DNA from: Paraspadella gotoi
Taxonomy: Eukaryota; Animalia; Chaetognatha
Assembly: GCA_051294375.1 (NCBI GenBank)
Contig: CM119264.1
Coordinates: 28,416,709 to 28,480,708, forward strand
Length of the DNA stretch: 64,000 nt
Direction of reading: 5' to 3'
Shown here: one piece after another, positions 26,343-38,761 of the stretch
Layout: each line of letters begins with the position of its first letter
How positions within the stretch are numbered: position 1 is the stretch's first letter
Made by a program: the position numbers and the translations under genes
Notes under the pieces: model-generated
The model's database searches: none
Seen by the model: the letters and a program-made list of their open reading frames with translations, nothing else
Told to the model about the DNA's origin: nothing

Positions 26343-27772
26343 CCTCTCACCTCCTCGCTGACTGGACTCCGACCACCGCTCATCCTCTATTTCGTCTCGA
26401 TCGTCGAAATCAAACGGATTGTCGCGATCGTCTTCGAAGAGTCGGCTTCGTCGTAGCCAAGTTCGTCGTCGCGATTCGTCGTCGCCATCTCCTTCTTCGC
26501 GCCGCCTTCTCGCCGTTCTCCGTCTTCGTCGTCATCGTCGTCGCCATCGTCGTCCTTCGAAAGTGAAGGCGAAATTAGGGGGTTTTAAAATTTGTTTTAT
26601 GTTGCTTAGCGACATAAAACAGCATAGTCTATAGACTCGGACTCGGGTCGTAAGCGAAAAGGAGGATGCGAAGTCAAATTAAGGATTTATTATTATATAA
26701 CTTGTTTCTTCAGTCGGATACTGGGTCTTGTTCTATGAGTAAAAAGGGAAGTGACGCCAAAGATTCCTGAATTGATCGCGATGATTGTTTAATTAGGCGA
26801 CGATAATCAGTTCAAAATGACAGGGGACAATAAGATCTTGCAGTTCGAGAAATGTAAAAATCCTGAAGACAATTGTTGGAGTGACAAAAAACGCTACATT
26901 TATATTCATCAAAAACATTTTGAGGAAAAACTTGATAAAAAACCATGTGGTCCACGTCACAAATTATATTGCTGAATAATTTATTACTTTGGTAAGTGTT
27001 TGTAATAGGTAAAAAAATATTGTTCATTGTTCTTAGAAATGGTAGATTTATAATATAATTATATATATCTAGCATTTGAAAACTATAGACTAAAAGAAAA
27101 GTGTCTGTAAAAATTCATCATTCTACTTTAGCATTACTAAAATTAGTAAAAAATCAATTTGCAGTGAATAAATGTGCATTGGGCAATTTAAAAGTAGGAA
27201 AAAGTGTGGGTAATTCAAAAATTTATAATACGACTCTAAAGTATCCCTTCGTTATTGATATTTCAATATTTATTTATTTATAGATACTAGATAGGAGTCG
27301 CTAATCTTTTTTAAAAACTCTTAATTTTTAAGACCAGATTCAGATTGCTTTTAAAAAATTGACCAAAAAACCATTAAAGTTTAATATTTTGATGATAAGT
27401 GTCGCGAGTCAAAATTAGGAAATAATGTAAAAAAATTATTATTGTCATCATCTTTCGATTATTTGGTCTGTTTTTTTTTTATTTCTCTGAGAGAATATAA
27501 ATTTTTTAAAGTTTTTAAAAGTGTAAAAAAAATTCGATTCAACTTTTTATGCTCTATTAGGATCTATATTAAAATTTAAGTATAAATATATTTTCATAAA
27601 TAGTAATATAACAATATTAAATAAAGCTTGTATCTTCAGAAAAAAAAACCTTTTTTTTCATAATTTAGTATGCTTATGATAAATTATTTTATTTATGTAC
27701 AGTTTACACATTAGCATTTAAATTCGTTCGGCTATGTAAAAATTTTACACTTCTAAACTGATAACAATAATC

Positions 27773-30122
27773 CCTAAAAAAATTAAAAAGGATAATTATT
27801 GGTAAATAATATAAACAAAAATAAAGAATACCGAAGTTTTTGTAAGGTTCATTTTTTATTATTGCAAGAGCTTTGTCAAGATAGAATTTGATATTTCTAC
27901 GTGTGCGCATTGCCTGTTTCATCATATTAAAGTAGATCATGTATGGTGGTTCCCATGGAAACCTGGCATTTAGAGACCAATCGTAAGCTCCTGCAATGTA
28001 TAGCGGGTCTTCGATTGCAAGGTACTCTTTAGCTAATTTCATCATGGTCAGCTTTTCTTCTTTTTATTATTTGAACGATGAGAAAGGTCAGAAAAAGCAA
28101 AAAAAATACGCTTGTCAACGTGAACTTTACGCGTGGATTCTGCCAGAGGGAGACAAAAACAATGTCAAAATAAAAGCGATCCACGTCAACTAGAGGCGCT
28201 GATGAAATCAATAACAGAAAAAGATTCGATTTCGCTCCTCGTGAAAAGATCATGGATTTGATTCAAGCAATATTCTTTTGGCAGATCTTGACCACCGCAT
28301 AGAGTACGGACTTTCTCTAAAATCTGGCTGGTTACCATTGTTCACTGTCGACACCAATGGACCGGCAAAGATTCCACAAGCGATTCCACCCAATAACCAG
28401 AGAAGCCTCTTTCCTCTCGGATGAAGCGCTTTCCACGCTCGACGACCGAATCCTTCGATGAACGACATGATAAAGACATACGACATCATGCATTTTGGAA
28501 ATGGGTCCATATCTCGAAGCTTCGATACAGAGTTTCTCTGGAGGCGAACATGATTGGTTATCCAAATTAGCGAAACATGACACTGTTCTGCATCGAAAAA
28601 AATCTATTGGTCTCATTGATGATTCGTGAAGGAGGATAGTTAGGAGGTTGAGACCCACATGGATAAAGAAAATGAGGTCCCCATGATAGTCATCACATTT
28701 TTGACCATTGATTTTTGGATAAAATGTAATGTGGCATATAGAAAATGCCCAAAGCAACATCAATCGTTAAGTATATAGAATTAATCTGGGGTGTGGATCG
28801 AAAAAACGGGAATCCCAAGAATTATAATTTTTCTTTGATTTTTATTTTCCATAGATTTCAATCGGGAATAGTTATGTTTATGGATCCGCACGATTAACAA
28901 AACCTGTTAAATTTGTATGGATCCATCTATCGTGTACAGATACCTTCTGAAATAAAAAACGTTCATATCCACCTTGGTCCTTGAAAGGGAACCAAGTAAT
29001 AAGCTAATCTCGGTATTAGATGATTTTCCACTTCGTTGCCTCTAATTCTGAAATATGGTAATGTGAAACTCTTTTTGTTGTCAAGAAAATAGAAATGAAG
29101 CTAAGAAAATCGACCAAGATATCATAAAAAGAAATGTGTAAATGATGACTGTTGTCTTTGGCCGATATCAGTTCCAAACACCAAGCTGACAGCATATTCT
29201 TTAAGTTCTAGCAGTGTGAAATCCTAAAAAAAACCGTTGGAGTGAGGAGAGCCAACCCAAATCGGAGACGTCATTGCCCAAACAAAAATAAGATAGATGC
29301 CAACGTGGCCCCAACAACTCCCTGGATCACTCCGGCCACTCCGGCAGTCGACAAAAGGCTTCTCGCGGGATTAGCGGCGAAGAACAGACTGATAGTGGAT
29401 AAGATGGAATGACCCAACTGTTTCAAACTCATTAATTTCCCAACCGCAGACTCTGAGTTGAGGTTCGTCCTGTTTTCATCTAAATTTAATGAGAAAACCC
29501 ATAAAAGTTTTATTTTTGACTTAAACGTATATAAATAGGAACATACCTTGAGCTTGTTATATTACAGGTTGACATTTGCAGCGTTCCTGGCTCATAGTCC
29601 AAGTTTTATTTTCGTGAATTTCATATAGATGGTCATGAATACTTGCACAACGCATGCATTGCTTGGTTGGTGCCGCCTGTGAACTCTAACATGATGGCCG
29701 CTGCTTGAAGCATGACTTGCGGAAATGATTCTAGCCAAAAATTAAAGATTTCAAAGAATTTAAAGCGCGAGATTTAACTATCTAAGTGAATCGCTCGTTG
29801 CGGGACTGAGAAAATCGAGATACTCGTCTATCATGAAAAATACGTGGACCACGCCAACGATTGATGCAATCGCAGTCATCAAACTCATCCAAATGTTGCC
29901 AAGGAATCGCTTGTATAGCCGCGCATTGCTCATCAGAATGCGCACGATCCAATAAAAAGTAACTATGTTGGGTAGCTATGACAACGACCTTGCAAAGCCA
30001 AGATAACGCTCTGCGTAAAAAGTCTCTAGGCAAAATTGAATGACTGTTCGGGATCAGTGAAAACATGCAGCAACGTTCAAAGCAACGATGACTGACAGCG
30101 GAAAATGTTTCAGTTTATCCAT
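27773..30122 (-). pseudogene. Frameshifted second copy of the XK-related gene (pseudogene or sequencing-error copy)
   Basis: Near-identical to 20342-22701 but broken into small ORFs by scattered single-base indels. Confidence 0.7.
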
Positions 30123-30330
30123 TTTGGTGGTGAAGTTTTATGAAATGCAAAAGAGAGAAAAGAGGAGACAGAGAGCGAGAGATTGAAAGAGGAGCGAGGT
30201 TTAATAGCAACACGTCACCTTAACACTAACCAGTCGTAAATATTTCCCATCCAATATAACTTTTTAAAAATTTAAAAATTAGCTATTCAATAAAAATATT
30301 TAAAAAGAAACTAGAGCACATTATTTAGTA

Positions 30331-32577
30331 ACGTGGCGTTACTGTCTCGTGCTGATTTTGTCCCTTTAAAATTGTTTCTGAGCAAATTAATTGATTATTA
30401 CTTTTGGTAATATGTGCGATATACACTACTGGACATTACTGTGTCTGACCATAACCTGACCATCAACAAAAAAAGCTAACTAGATCAAAAATAGTAAAAA
30501 GATGTAGCAATATAGCTCGAACGCTTACAAAATTTTAGACCATTGCTTTATAATGCAAAAAAAATATTAATATTATTAAACAAAATTTTAACGATAACTT
30601 AATAGTTAACCGAGACAAGATGAATATTTTTTACCCATCATTTCTTCAATTTATATGTATCATATGTTTGTAATTAGTCAATTAATCTAAATAACAATAT
30701 GACAAATTCATTTTCAATTTTTTTTATGAATGGAAGTTTTTTACTGCTTACTCCCCTTGTGTTTAATTATCTAATATTTTTGAAGTATTTCAAAAACCTT
30801 ATGAAATTGGTACAACCAATATAAAAAAATTATCCATTCATTTAATAAATAAGCTATCTATTATATAATTACTATATTTTTCACTTTTTTTTTCAATTCT
30901 TCAAATAAAAACAACATCTAAAAACATTTTAAATTAATAAAAAAAATTGATTGAATGATTTGGAAAAAAATTTTTGAAATTGAGAATAATGGATTTCGAG
31001 TTAGGAAAAAATTTTGCAATTCAGAAAAATCAGCCTCTAGCCTTTCGATTTTTCTAAAGGCTGATTTTTTTATTTTTTTGATATTTGATTTTCTATGCAA
31101 AACCATTATTCTCAATGAGCATAGGTCGGAGGAAATTTTTTTCCAACAATTTGAAAAAATTGCAGCTTTTTAATGAGGCTTTTTTTGGGAAATAAATAAA
31201 TCAATTATTATTCGATGGTATATCTGAAAGTGATATGTCTCTAAAGACAAAAAAATTTTTCTTCAAGTTTTATTTTAAAATTTAAGTATTGTATCAATAG
31301 AAATAAGTGAGATACTCCGCTTTGCCAAAATTTTTATTTAACAAAGATTTGGTACTGCGTAGTTTGAAAAAAGTTATTTTATTAAATAACCTTTGAAAGA
31401 AAAAGAGCTAACAAGATGGGTGTGGTATCAAATTAAAGCCTTAATCATGGACACCTTTCTAAAAAAGTTTTATTAAATTAAATCCATAAATCTTTACACA
31501 GCTTTTGTTTAAATCAGAGTTAAAAGTATAACAGTTTTTTGCTTTAAAAATTTTAATGAAGGGCATATGAAATTTTTTTATTTTCTTTTGTAATTTGAAA
31601 AAGGAAAGACTGAATTACATTTTGATTATTATTAAATTTTTTTTATTCCATAAAACTGCTTATATTTTAAGTTAAAGTAAAAAAAAGCAAAAATTTATAT
31701 TATAGCTTGATAAAATGTCTTTTTAAATATCAAAATGATAAATACAAAATGTTTTCAGCTTGATATAAACAGTCTGGACATCTACTTCTTGTCTGTGAAA
31801 AAAAAATCGGCATTTTTTATTATCTTTAACTACAAACTAAAAGCTTGACACACTGCTTGTTTATCATAATAAATTTTAAAAAATTATATAGCTGGCAATA
31901 TATTTGACAAAGCAAGACATCATTGTGTTAAATTGATTGAAATTTTTCTTTAAATATAGCAAGGAATTAATTCTATTATTTATCATCCATTCAATTAAGA
32001 AAAATATTTCTCGTAATAGCCCATTAGAAAGGGTTCATTGACTAACTTAATGATCGAATTTTTAAGATATCTTTATTGCCCCCATTTCACAAGATATAAA
32101 AGGTTATGGTTATCATGTCAGTAAGTCCAGATTATCTGTACCCTTTATACAACCTGCATTCTGAATTTTCTTTTTTCCCTTTCAAATGTATTAAATAAAA
32201 AAAATTATTTGAGAGAACAATCGCGTGGAGGATGCCATTGGTAAGCCTTAGTTACCCACTTTCCGATCGAATTTTTAAATGAGGTTTTTTTCCATTTATT
32301 TGAGACATAACACTAACTATTGGTACTATTATTTTTTAAATTTTTTTTATTACAATTCTAGAATAAATATGAATAAGTAACTTTTTTTAAAAAATTTATC
32401 TTCTTTCACCCTATATTCGGTCATATCTAAAAAACAAAAAAGGATTTTGCATTGATATTTTGGATATCGACATATGAAACTATACGTTTCAAAAAATAAA
32501 AAGAAATATAATAATATTGAACAGGTGAATTTTTTTTATGCACGGAACAGTAACGTTACGCCATTTTTCATTGTTTC
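30331..32577. mobile_element. AT-rich non-autonomous DNA-transposon-like insertion, about 2.2 kb
   Basis: Absent from copy 1 at about 22915. Imperfect terminal inverted repeats: TGGCGTTACTGTCTCGTGC (30334-30352) and GCACGGAACAGTAACGTTACGCCA (32540-32563). Subterminal inverted similarity between about 30429-30457 and 32101-32130. No transposase ORF and no clear TSD. Confidence 0.65.
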
Positions 32578-33323
32578 ATATCTTTTAACAATCTATGAAA
32601 GTTATTAATATGGACATTGTGTTTGCTTTTTCAAATATTGTTTTGCGTTCTACGTTTTTGTATTGGCAAAGTTGTTAAAGCAAAAATTACGCCATATTAT
32701 GAAATTGGTAGAACCAATATGAAATTCTTCATTCATTTAATGAATAAGCTATCTTGCCCCAGAATTTGGACAGGCTTTGGCCTTCATCAAACTTTTTGAT
32801 GTTAAAATAATAATATATGTCGTGATAGTTAAACAGATATCCTGTCAATTATATGTACATTTTTTTTGGGACTTTACCAAGTTATCCAGTGTTGCTATAT
32901 TTTATCTGAGCACCAGCTATTTCAAATTATTAATCATACTCGGCAAGGCGAAAAGTTTGACCACTGATTGCGCCGATGGCCATCACGGTTTTCGCCAACT
33001 TTGATTAAAATTTCCGTCAAGAGAGAGAGAGAGTGATAGAGAGAAGAGTCAGTCTATCAGAGAGTCTGTGGCGACTGACCAGATGGGATCCGACATCTTC
33101 AGCTATGAAATTCAATGAATAAATTATTCTTTTATTAATAAAACCAAGCTATTTTGCCGCCCGATTTTGTCCACTAGTCAGGCTATGGTAACTTTAGTGG
33201 GTTCAGGCTCCATCCCTCTAAGTGAGAATAACGAAAGCTTGCAGGGACATGCTATGTCATTATCTTTTCAGAGTGATGTCGGCCTTAAACCACCAATGCT
33301 GTCCAAAAGTCAGGGGCAAGATA

Positions 33324-33348
33324 NNNNNNNNNNNNNNNNNNNNNNNNN
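33324..33348. other. 25-N assembly gap (identical length at 43456-43480, 57512-57536, 60553-60577; 118 N at 59295-59412)
   Basis: Direct count of N bases. Confidence 0.98.
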
Positions 33349-33974
33349 TCTTAGTGAGAATAACGAAAGCTTGCAGGGACATGCTCTGTCATTATCTTTT
33401 CAGAGTGATGTCGGCCTTAAACCACCAATGCCTGTCCAAAGTCAGGGCAAGATAGCTTATTTATTAAATGAATGGATAATATTTATATTGGTTGAAACAA
33501 TTTTATAGCAGGTCCCTGCAAGCTTTCGATCCATATTCACTTACAGTGAAGTTTATAAACTCTCAGAGGACCTGGCTTCGCTATAAATAGAATATCAGAG
33601 ATCGAAAGTATTCACCGTAAGAGACAATCAACGAATTTAAACTTTTAATTCTCTTTTATATTCGATATTTTGTTTTATATATATTGTTTATTGTATAATG
33701 TCCTCGACCAAAAAAAAAACCTTGTCAGGCGAGGGATCGCGTCTAATTGTTCGTCGCCAAGATGGCGGCCTCCAGAAGTCCCAGTCCCTCTTCCTCTCCT
33801 CCTCCTTCGTCGTCGTCGTCATCGTCGTCGCCGCCGTCGTCCGTCGCCCGCTTCATCGTCGTCATCGTCGTCGTCCTCCCCGTTTTGTTCGTCTTCGTCG
33901 TCGTCGTCGTCTGGCCGAAAAAAAAGAAGAATTGATCTGACAATACAAACGATGGTAAAGTTTAAAAAATTCTC

Positions 33975-34260
33975 TTGGCCAATCTTTTCCGAAGCGCCCA
34001 ATTTCAGCTTAAACTTAGGAATAAAGTTTTTTTTGTTTTTTTGTTTTTTTGTTTTTTTTTAGATTTAAAGATTAGGTTATAGGTTCTGGCATTAGGAGTT
34101 TTTGATTAGGATTAGGATTAGGGTTAGGGTTAGGGATAAGATATTAGGTTAAGGATTAAGCTGAAGAATTAAAGATTGATTAGGTTAGAGAACAGGTTAG
34201 GGTTATGGAAAATGCTTCTAGACTGTATAAACATTGGAAAGATATTAAATTGAAAAATTA
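33975..34260 (+). repeat. Dispersed element with an internal degenerate TTAGGG tract (also at 38826-39110; related inverted tracts at about 63030-63200 and 63740-63960)
   Basis: GGATTAGGATTAGGGTTAGGGTTAGGG is preceded by GAAGCGCCCAATTTCAGCTTAAA. A near reverse complement, TTTAAACTGAAATGGGGCGCTTTC, follows the degenerate CCCTAA tract at about 63920. Confidence 0.55.
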
Positions 34261-34309
34261 AGGTTAAACAAAGTTTGATTTTATTTTGCAACGAATTTTA
34301 TTTTAAAAC

Positions 34310-34352
34310 GAGCAGACATGTTTCGGCTCACAATACGAGCCTTCATCAGCGC
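34310..34352 (-). ncRNA. Minimal type I hammerhead ribozyme, intact core
   Basis: Minus strand reads GCG-CTGATGA-A-GGCTC gtattgt GAGCC-GAAAC-AT-GTC-TGC: a CUGAUGA core, 5-bp stem II, GAAA, palindromic ACAUGU stem III and a GUC cleavage triplet. Confidence 0.75.
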
Positions 34353-34356
34353 ACAT

Positions 34357-34399
34357 GAGCGCTGTGAAGGCTCGTATTGTGAGCGAAACATGTCTGCTC
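34357..34399 (+). ncRNA. Second minimal hammerhead with two 1-nt deletions (decay or read error)
   Basis: GAGCG-CTG(A)TGA-AGGCTCGTATTGTGAGC(C)-GAAACATGTC-TGCTC. Stem I is GAGCG/TGCTC. Confidence 0.55.
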
Positions 34400-35673
34400 T
34401 TTTAAAATAAAATTTGTTGCAAAATAAAATCAAACTTTGTTAACTCTCAAACAACGGAAAAAGAAAGATAATTACCATGAAAATAAGGTTAAAATAAGTA
34501 AGCGAATTAGGAATAGAAATGCAGTACGTCGGAAAATAGTACCAGAATTCTCAAAACTAAAACCCCTTACCATTGTCAAAGTAAGAGAAAAACCTTTTTT
34601 TTTGTCGGGAAGTAATCAAACACTTCCAAAATTCAAAATATAAAAAACAAAAACAAAAAAAAAAAGCAGACGGGTTCGTTTTCATCCCGGGTGTTTTTAG
34701 ATTCAGCGCCTATGAGGTGTCACAACACTGGTCAAGCCAGGAGAGAAGTCTTGTTCGCGGTTGAAAATTGGGATTAGCGAAAAACAAAGGTAAAGAAAAT
34801 CAACGGAAAGGTTAAGCGTTAATCGTTCGTAGTACACAGCGGTTCGTTTTTAGTCACTGCGGTGGGGGACCCGGTGAACACAGTGAAATTTAAGTACAGA
34901 ATACACGGCATATCATTTGAACATTAATAGGCTCAGTCTCTAATTAAGACCATTATACGACATATAATTATATTCATTACTATCAATTGTTTTGAATATA
35001 TTCTTTTTATAAGTGCGCTGGGCACATCTACACCATTTTACACTTTAAAATGCTTAATAACATGAATCATCTAAATCTTATTAACTTTCACTGTTAATTC
35101 CTTCATTACAATTTATTTGGACCAAAACAACGTAAGTATATTTCAACATTTTATCTTTAACGGAACATATTCAATCTGTTTTAACTATCGTTTGTTTGGC
35201 TTCTCACTTAAATAATGTTTTAGATTGTGAAGCTCAACCTAACCTTCTCCCGATGACGGAGTTTAGGGTAAGTCTCGATCGGTTCCAGAGGAAGAATCGT
35301 TTGTCTGACACTTCGTCATCTTCCCCGTCGCCCGAGGCGGCCACGCCACTGAAAGCGCATCGATGGATGGGCGAGAGGGGAGGTAAGGGCCCAAGGGTTG
35401 GAAGGTAAGGTCATATTGCAGGGATTTTTAATGCTCTTTAGTTTTTATTCGTCGAATGTTAAAAAAAACATTTTCTCTATGTTTGATTCTTGTAAAAGTA
35501 GGATTTGTCTTTGAACGTTGTCGATTAGATTATGTGTAACACACTGCTAACTTTGAAGGTTAATAGAATCGCTATCTACTCTGAAGTATAAACGCAGCGC
35601 ATTGCAGTGAACCAAAACTCTCTCTCTCCTTCTCTTTCTCCCCCATGTTCTTCTGTTTTCTTATTTCTCATCT

Positions 35674-35774
<101 letters not shown>

Positions 35775-38570
35775 CGCACTTCGACAGACTCAAAGAAGAG
35801 ACGAGTTAAAACGTTGCATTTTATTTTGGTTCGCGTTGTTAGACTCGACGGTTAATGAATCTCTCATCGTCGTCGTCTTCAGTCGCTCAGTCGTTATCGT
35901 CGTCGTCATCGTCTGTCCATCGTTCGTGCTCGTCTTGTTTCGTTTTCGTGGCAAATGAGGCGTTCGTCTATGACCCATTGCATGTGTAACTACATCACGA
36001 CGAGATAATTCGGAATGGTAAGTCACATCGTATGCTGTAGTTACCACGACGACGACGACGACGACGAGACGGACGCCTATGCGGTGAGTCGCTCCTCCGT
36101 CGACAGAAAATAAACGAGTCAATGTAAGTGTGAGACGTTTTTCATGGTTTCATTCATGTGCTTAAAAGCGAAGCAAAAATATTTAAATCAAGTTAGAATC
36201 TCAAAATTCAAATAGTAGATCATGAACTGGCTTTAACTGTGAACATTGTAAATTATTCAAAATATATTTTTCATTTGTCAATTTTCGCATTAGCTCCCTA
36301 TTTCAGAAGTCACTTAGAAGTTTCTTGACAGATTACAATTCGAATAGCAAAATTGATTAGAAAATACCTTTCAAATATTCTTAAAGTGGTCAAAGTTTTA
36401 ACTATTATCTTGATGCAATTTGGAATTCCTAACGAAAAGTTGAAAAATTCGGCAAGATTCCCTTTTTATTAGATGGACGGAATTGAATCATTCATTTAGT
36501 GGTCAAATCCTTAAACAATGACTATAAATAACCTATAATTTAATTTTAGTATAAAAATATAATTTATTTTAAATTGTCGCTAACTTAATGAAATACATGT
36601 TTTTGATTAAGAAGGCTATATTTTTCATCAACTTTTTATGAGGAATTTTCTCTTCCTCTTTTCATTTTGTTTGAAGACTCAAGCCTTGGTTTTCTCCCTA
36701 CCGGTCAAGTTATTCATCTTCCGTCACGGAACAGACTCTACTCGTCGCTTCATCAGTTTCAGTGTCCTAGGCGGTTGACAAGCCCCTCATCGCCGCTCTG
36801 TTTGTTTACCAATATATTATGCAAGAGCAAAGAAGATACACCAAACCTTTTTCCTATTTCCAGCGCCAGAAGAAGAGATGAGGGAAAAAATCTAAGCAAT
36901 GTAAAAGATGGGAAAGGTATGATTAAGAAGGTGAAAGTGTGAGATGAAATGTGGAAGGTGGAAAGTGAGATTAAGATGGAATAATGAAATTGAAGGGAAA
37001 GGTGAGATTAAAAGGGAAGTGATGAGATGAAAATGGATAAGTAGTAAAAAGAGTGAGTGATGAGAAATGTGGAGTGAAGTCGGAGAATTAAAGAAGGTAG
37101 AGAAAGTGATGAGATGAAATGTGGAAGTGTGGAAGGTGGAGATTAAAGAGGTGAGAAAGTGATGAGATGAAAATGTGGAAGGTGGAAAGTGGAAGATTAA
37201 AGAAGGTGAAAGTGATTGAGATGAAAATGTGGGAAGTGGAAGGTGGAGATTAAAGAAGGTGAAAGTGATGAGGGTGATGAAAATGTGTGAAGGATGGAAA
37301 GGTGAATTAAAGAAGGTGGAACAGTAGATGAGATGAAAATGTGGAAGTGAAGGTGGAGATTAAGAAGGTGAAAAGGGATGAGTTGAAAAATGTAAAGTCA
37401 ATTTAATTGTTTTAAACAGAGTGAAGATGTAAAATACAAGGGAAGATCTAAAGTGAAAAACAGTATGAACCAACAAAAGTGAAGATAAATAAGAATGTCG
37501 ATAAAATTATTAAAAAATTTTAAAATCAATTTATTTATTATATTCTTTAGGCTTTTTCTTTCTTACCTGTCGCTTATTTGATTATCAATGAAAGAAATTT
37601 CATTTCCACATTTTTCTTTCCGTACTTACTTCATAACTAATTTTATAATTATACATTGATCATTTTCTTTTCCCAATATCTGAGACGGAACGGACCGGAC
37701 CAAAAAGGCTCCTAAATGAGAACGTCAGGCCGACATAAAAAATAGCGTCAGTAGGGAAATCGAGGCAAAGATGGAAAAGATAACCGTGAAAGATCTAAAG
37801 GGAAGAAAACGAAGTTCGGAAGGATTAGGGGGAAGGGAGGGGGCGCGAACCAGGCGCGCTAAAATAATCGTCTTTTGTTTGAGGTAAACATCGACCGGAT
37901 CCGACGAAAAGATTGGATTTCGTTTTATTCGACAACACATCGCTATCTTTAGGCGACGATCCTCTTCAGATTACTTTTCTCATTTCAGTCGGTCGGTCTC
38001 TCTGTTCTCTGTCTCTCTGTCCGTCAAAATTTCGAGTTTCCTTCGCGCTACAACATTTGACGAAGAGTATGTCGCTTCCGTGAGTTAGCAGACACTCCGC
38101 CCCGAACAACACCGCGTATCTCGCAGCGGCCCGTCGCCCTTAACATCTGAACGACGGCTCCGACATCTAGCGCTCGCGTTTTTAATAAGCCTCCAACGTT
38201 GGTATATAAAATTCGGCTTATCCGTGTGCTTCTCGCAGCTTGCCGCGACAACTGATGGCGTCTGATACAGTCGCTACCAACAATGTTTCTAACATCATCT
38301 CCCGCTTATTTATTAAATGAATGGATAATATTTATATTGGTTGAAACAATTTTATAGCAGGTCCCTGCAAGCTTTCGATCCATATTCACTTACAGTGAAG
38401 TTTATAAACTCTCAGAGGACCTGGCTTCGCTATAAATAGAATATCAGAGATCGAAAGTATTCACCGTAAGAGACAATCAACGAATTTAAACTTTTAATTC
38501 TCTTTTATATTCGATATTTTGTTTTATATATATTGTTTATTGTATAATGTCCTCGACCAAAAAAAAAAAC

Positions 38571-38761
38571 CTTGTCAGGCGAAGGGATCGCGTCTAATTC
38601 GTCGTCCAAGATGGCGGCCTCCAGAAGTCCCAGTCCCTCTTCCTCTCCTCCTCCTTCGTCGTCGTCGTCATCGTCGTCGCCGCCGTCGTCGTCGCCCGCT
38701 TCATCGTCGTCATCGTCGTCGTCCTCCCCGTTTTGTTCGTCTTCGTCGTCGTCGTCGTCGT
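38571..38761 (-). CDS. Upstream exon of the Asp/Glu-rich gene (error-bearing copy at 33721-33911)
   Basis: CAG|(D)DDDDDEDEQNGEDD...GGGEEEGLGLLEAAILDDELDAIPSPDK|GT. The exon is 191 nt, phase 1 in and phase 0 out, compatible with the exon starting at 19127. Confidence 0.5.

Larger units (their letters stand above)
16342..33219. repeat. Tandem segment duplication A: copy 1 16342-23563, copy 2 23563-33219 (indel-rich, with a 2.2-kb insert)
   Basis: Collinear near-identity. Both copies begin TTCTCAGTGTATTTCGTTAAATA and end GGCTCCATCCCTCT. Copy 2 carries many 1-nt indels. Confidence 0.95.
34269..34478. mobile_element. Penelope-like inverted pLTR remnant carrying hammerhead ribozymes
   Basis: About 175-bp palindrome (34267-34443), flanked by the imperfect direct repeat GAAAA(AT)TAAGGTTAAA at 34252-34268 and 34479-34493. 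Absent from the duplicate at about 39110. Confidence 0.75.
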
